A stretch of 64,000 nucleotides of DNA from Candidatus Poribacteria bacterium (GTDB taxonomy: Bacteria; Poribacteria; WGA-4E; PCPOR2b), in the NCBI GenBank assembly GCA_965218095.1, contig OZ244587.1, positions 5,792,001 to 5,856,000 of the forward strand, read 5' to 3'. The notes beneath the pieces were generated by a model, which was not told the DNA's origin, made no database searches, and worked only from the letters and a program-made list of their open reading frames with translations. Below are positions 62,407 to 64,000 of this stretch, piece by piece; position 1 is the stretch's first letter; each line of letters opens with the position of its first letter. Made by a program: the position numbers and the translations under genes.

Positions 62407-63459
62407 ATGTTCACAGAATACCTGAACCCAATACCCGACGAGAAAATCAAGGTCGGCGCCATCGGGACAGGGCGCATTGGTAAATTACATGTTGAGCATC
62501 TTGCTTCGCGCATACCCGGAGCGGAGTTGGTTGCCATCGCCAATCTTAACCTTGCGGTAGCGCAAGCAATCGCCGCTCAGTTTAATGTGCCGGTAGCTGT
62601 CTCTGATTACCGCGCCCTCCTCTCTGATTCAGAGATTGATGCGGTCGTCATTTGTACACCTACAGACACGCATGCACAGATCATTCAAGAGGCGGCTGCC
62701 GCTGGAAAGCACGTCTTTTGTGAAAAGCCAATTGACTTTGATCTTCGCCGGATCGATCAGACATTGGCTGCGGTAGAAAAGGCGGGTATCAAATTCCAAG
62801 TTGGGTTTAATCGGCGTTTTGATCCCAACTTTCGCCGAGTGCGTGAGATGGTGGCTGCCGGAGAAGTTGGAATACCACACATCCTTCGCATTATCAGCCG
62901 TGATCCTGCGCCCCCGCCAATCGCATATATCAAGGCGTCCAGTGGTCTATTTCTGGATATGACCATCCACGACTTTGACATGGCGCGCTACCTGATTGGC
63001 GATGAAGTGGTCGAGGTGTACGCTGCTGGCGGCGTCATGGTTGACCCACAAATTGGCGAAGTCGGGGACATTGATACCGCCGTGCTCACGCTGCGATTTG
63101 CCAACGGCGTCATCGGAACGATTGATAATAGCCGCAAAGCCGTTTACGGTTATGATCAACGTGTCGAAGTATTTGGAGCAGAGGGTATGGTGAATGTCGC
63201 CAATCAGACCCCGGACACCCACACCTTGAGCGATGCTCATGGCGTCCACTCCTCGCGCCTACTCTATTTTTTTCTGGAGCGGTATAAGCAGTCATATATC
63301 AATGAACTGATAGCCTTCATCGCCTGCGTGCAGAAAGACATGCCCCCCTTGGTCACAGGCAACGACGGTCGTATACCGGTGGTGATGGGATTAGCAGCGC
63401 AAACGTCTTATCAGGAGAACCGTCCGGTTCAATTCACCGAAATTGATGAAGCGTCATGA
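62407..63459 (+). CDS. iolG: Inositol 2-dehydrogenase
   Basis: GTGRIG, CEKP, GFNRRFDP, SRDP, DMTIHDFD, YGYDQRVEVFG. Confidence 0.9.
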   Translation: MFTEYLNPIPDEKIKVGAIGTGRIGKLHVEHLASRIPGAELVAIANLNLAVAQAIAAQFNVPVAVSDYRALLSDSEIDAVVICTPTDTHAQIIQEAAAAGKHVFCEKPIDFDLRRIDQTLAAVEKAGIKFQVGFNRRFDPNFRRVREMVAAGEVGIPHILRIISRDPAPPPIAYIKASSGLFLDMTIHDFDMARYLIGDEVVEVYAAGGVMVDPQIGEVGDIDTAVLTLRFANGVIGTIDNSRKAVYGYDQRVEVFGAEGMVNVANQTPDTHTLSDAHGVHSSRLLYFFLERYKQSYINELIAFIACVQKDMPPLVTGNDGRIPVVMGLAAQTSYQENRPVQFTEIDEAS

Positions 63460-63556
63460 CAGTCAGACGTAATACATGATGTGCAGCGAGTGACTTATTA
63501 CGCATGATGCATTGCGTCTGGATCCGTTGATTCGTCAATTGTCAACTGTCATTGAG

Positions 63557-64000
63557 TTAGTGCCCGCCAACTTCACCAACGCGGATCTCAATCTCATCAC
63601 GATTTCTGATTCGTTCAACCTTTCCATCACGAATATCAACGACTCGGTCGGAGACATCGAGCATTTTTAAATCATGCGTCGCCGAAATTATGGTCACGCC
63701 TTGCTCGGCGTTAAGCTGTTTAATCAGATCGATGATTTCGCGCCCGATTACCGTATCAAGGTTAGCCGTCGGTTCATCTGCCAGAACGATACTTGGGGCA
63801 TTTGCCAATGCTCTCGCAATCGCGACGCGCTGACGTTGCCCACCGGACAACTCATCTGGTCTGTGATAAATTCGATCTCCCAATCCAACCCTCTCAAGCA
63901 GTTTCGTGCCCTTCTCGTTACGGTCGTCCGCTGATAATCCTGCGAAAATCATCGGCAAGGTCACATTTTCGAGTGCCGTCATCACGTGCAACAGGTTGTA
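63557..64000 (-). CDS. LolD-like ABC transporter ATP-binding protein (5' end outside the window)
   Basis: LSGGQRQRVAIARAL, ADEPTANLD, ATHD. Confidence 0.9.
   Translation of the reverse strand, partial: YNLLHVMTALENVTLPMIFAGLSADDRNEKGTKLLERVGLGDRIYHRPDELSGGQRQRVAIARALANAPSIVLADEPTANLDTVIGREIIDLIKQLNAEQGVTIISATHDLKMLDVSDRVVDIRDGKVERIRNRDEIEIRVGEVGGH

Noticed and set aside
222-63934. Numerous short antisense or alternate-frame ORFs in the track
   Set aside because: They overlap well-supported genes and lack motifs or an RBS.

Overview
A ~50% GC, gene-dense bacterial window with diderm features. The gene mix (PhyH, UxaA, IolG, VWA/BatA proteins) is reminiscent of Ca. Poribacteria, but that is an inference. 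Main contents: (i) a VWA-domain gene pair and sugar-catabolism genes; (ii) a decaying four-gene candidate anti-phage locus at 8.4-13.6 kb (unknown protein, two DUF2791/BrxD-like ATPases, short Lhr-like helicase) that matches neither Shango nor BREX in full; (iii) an atypical type II secretion operon at 17.7-34.2 kb, with ComEA-like helix-hairpin-helix modules in GspK and in the GspM/PilO-position protein, a secretin with six N-domains carrying Arg/aromatic loops, and a type II restriction-modification pair inserted mid-operon; (iv) nusB, aspS and hisS interleaved with HEPN, YhcG and DUF433/DUF5615 toxin-antitoxin pieces; (v) an IS5-family element whose frameshift site has been put in frame by a 16-nt duplication, several MITE-like elements (one with a 20-bp flanking duplication), and a dispersed purine-tract plus heptamer repeat that has entered prepilin leader peptides. 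About ten accessory genes are pseudogenised, mostly by stops explicable as C>T/G>A transitions. No rRNA, tRNA or CRISPR array was seen. All family calls come from motifs read by eye; no database search was run.
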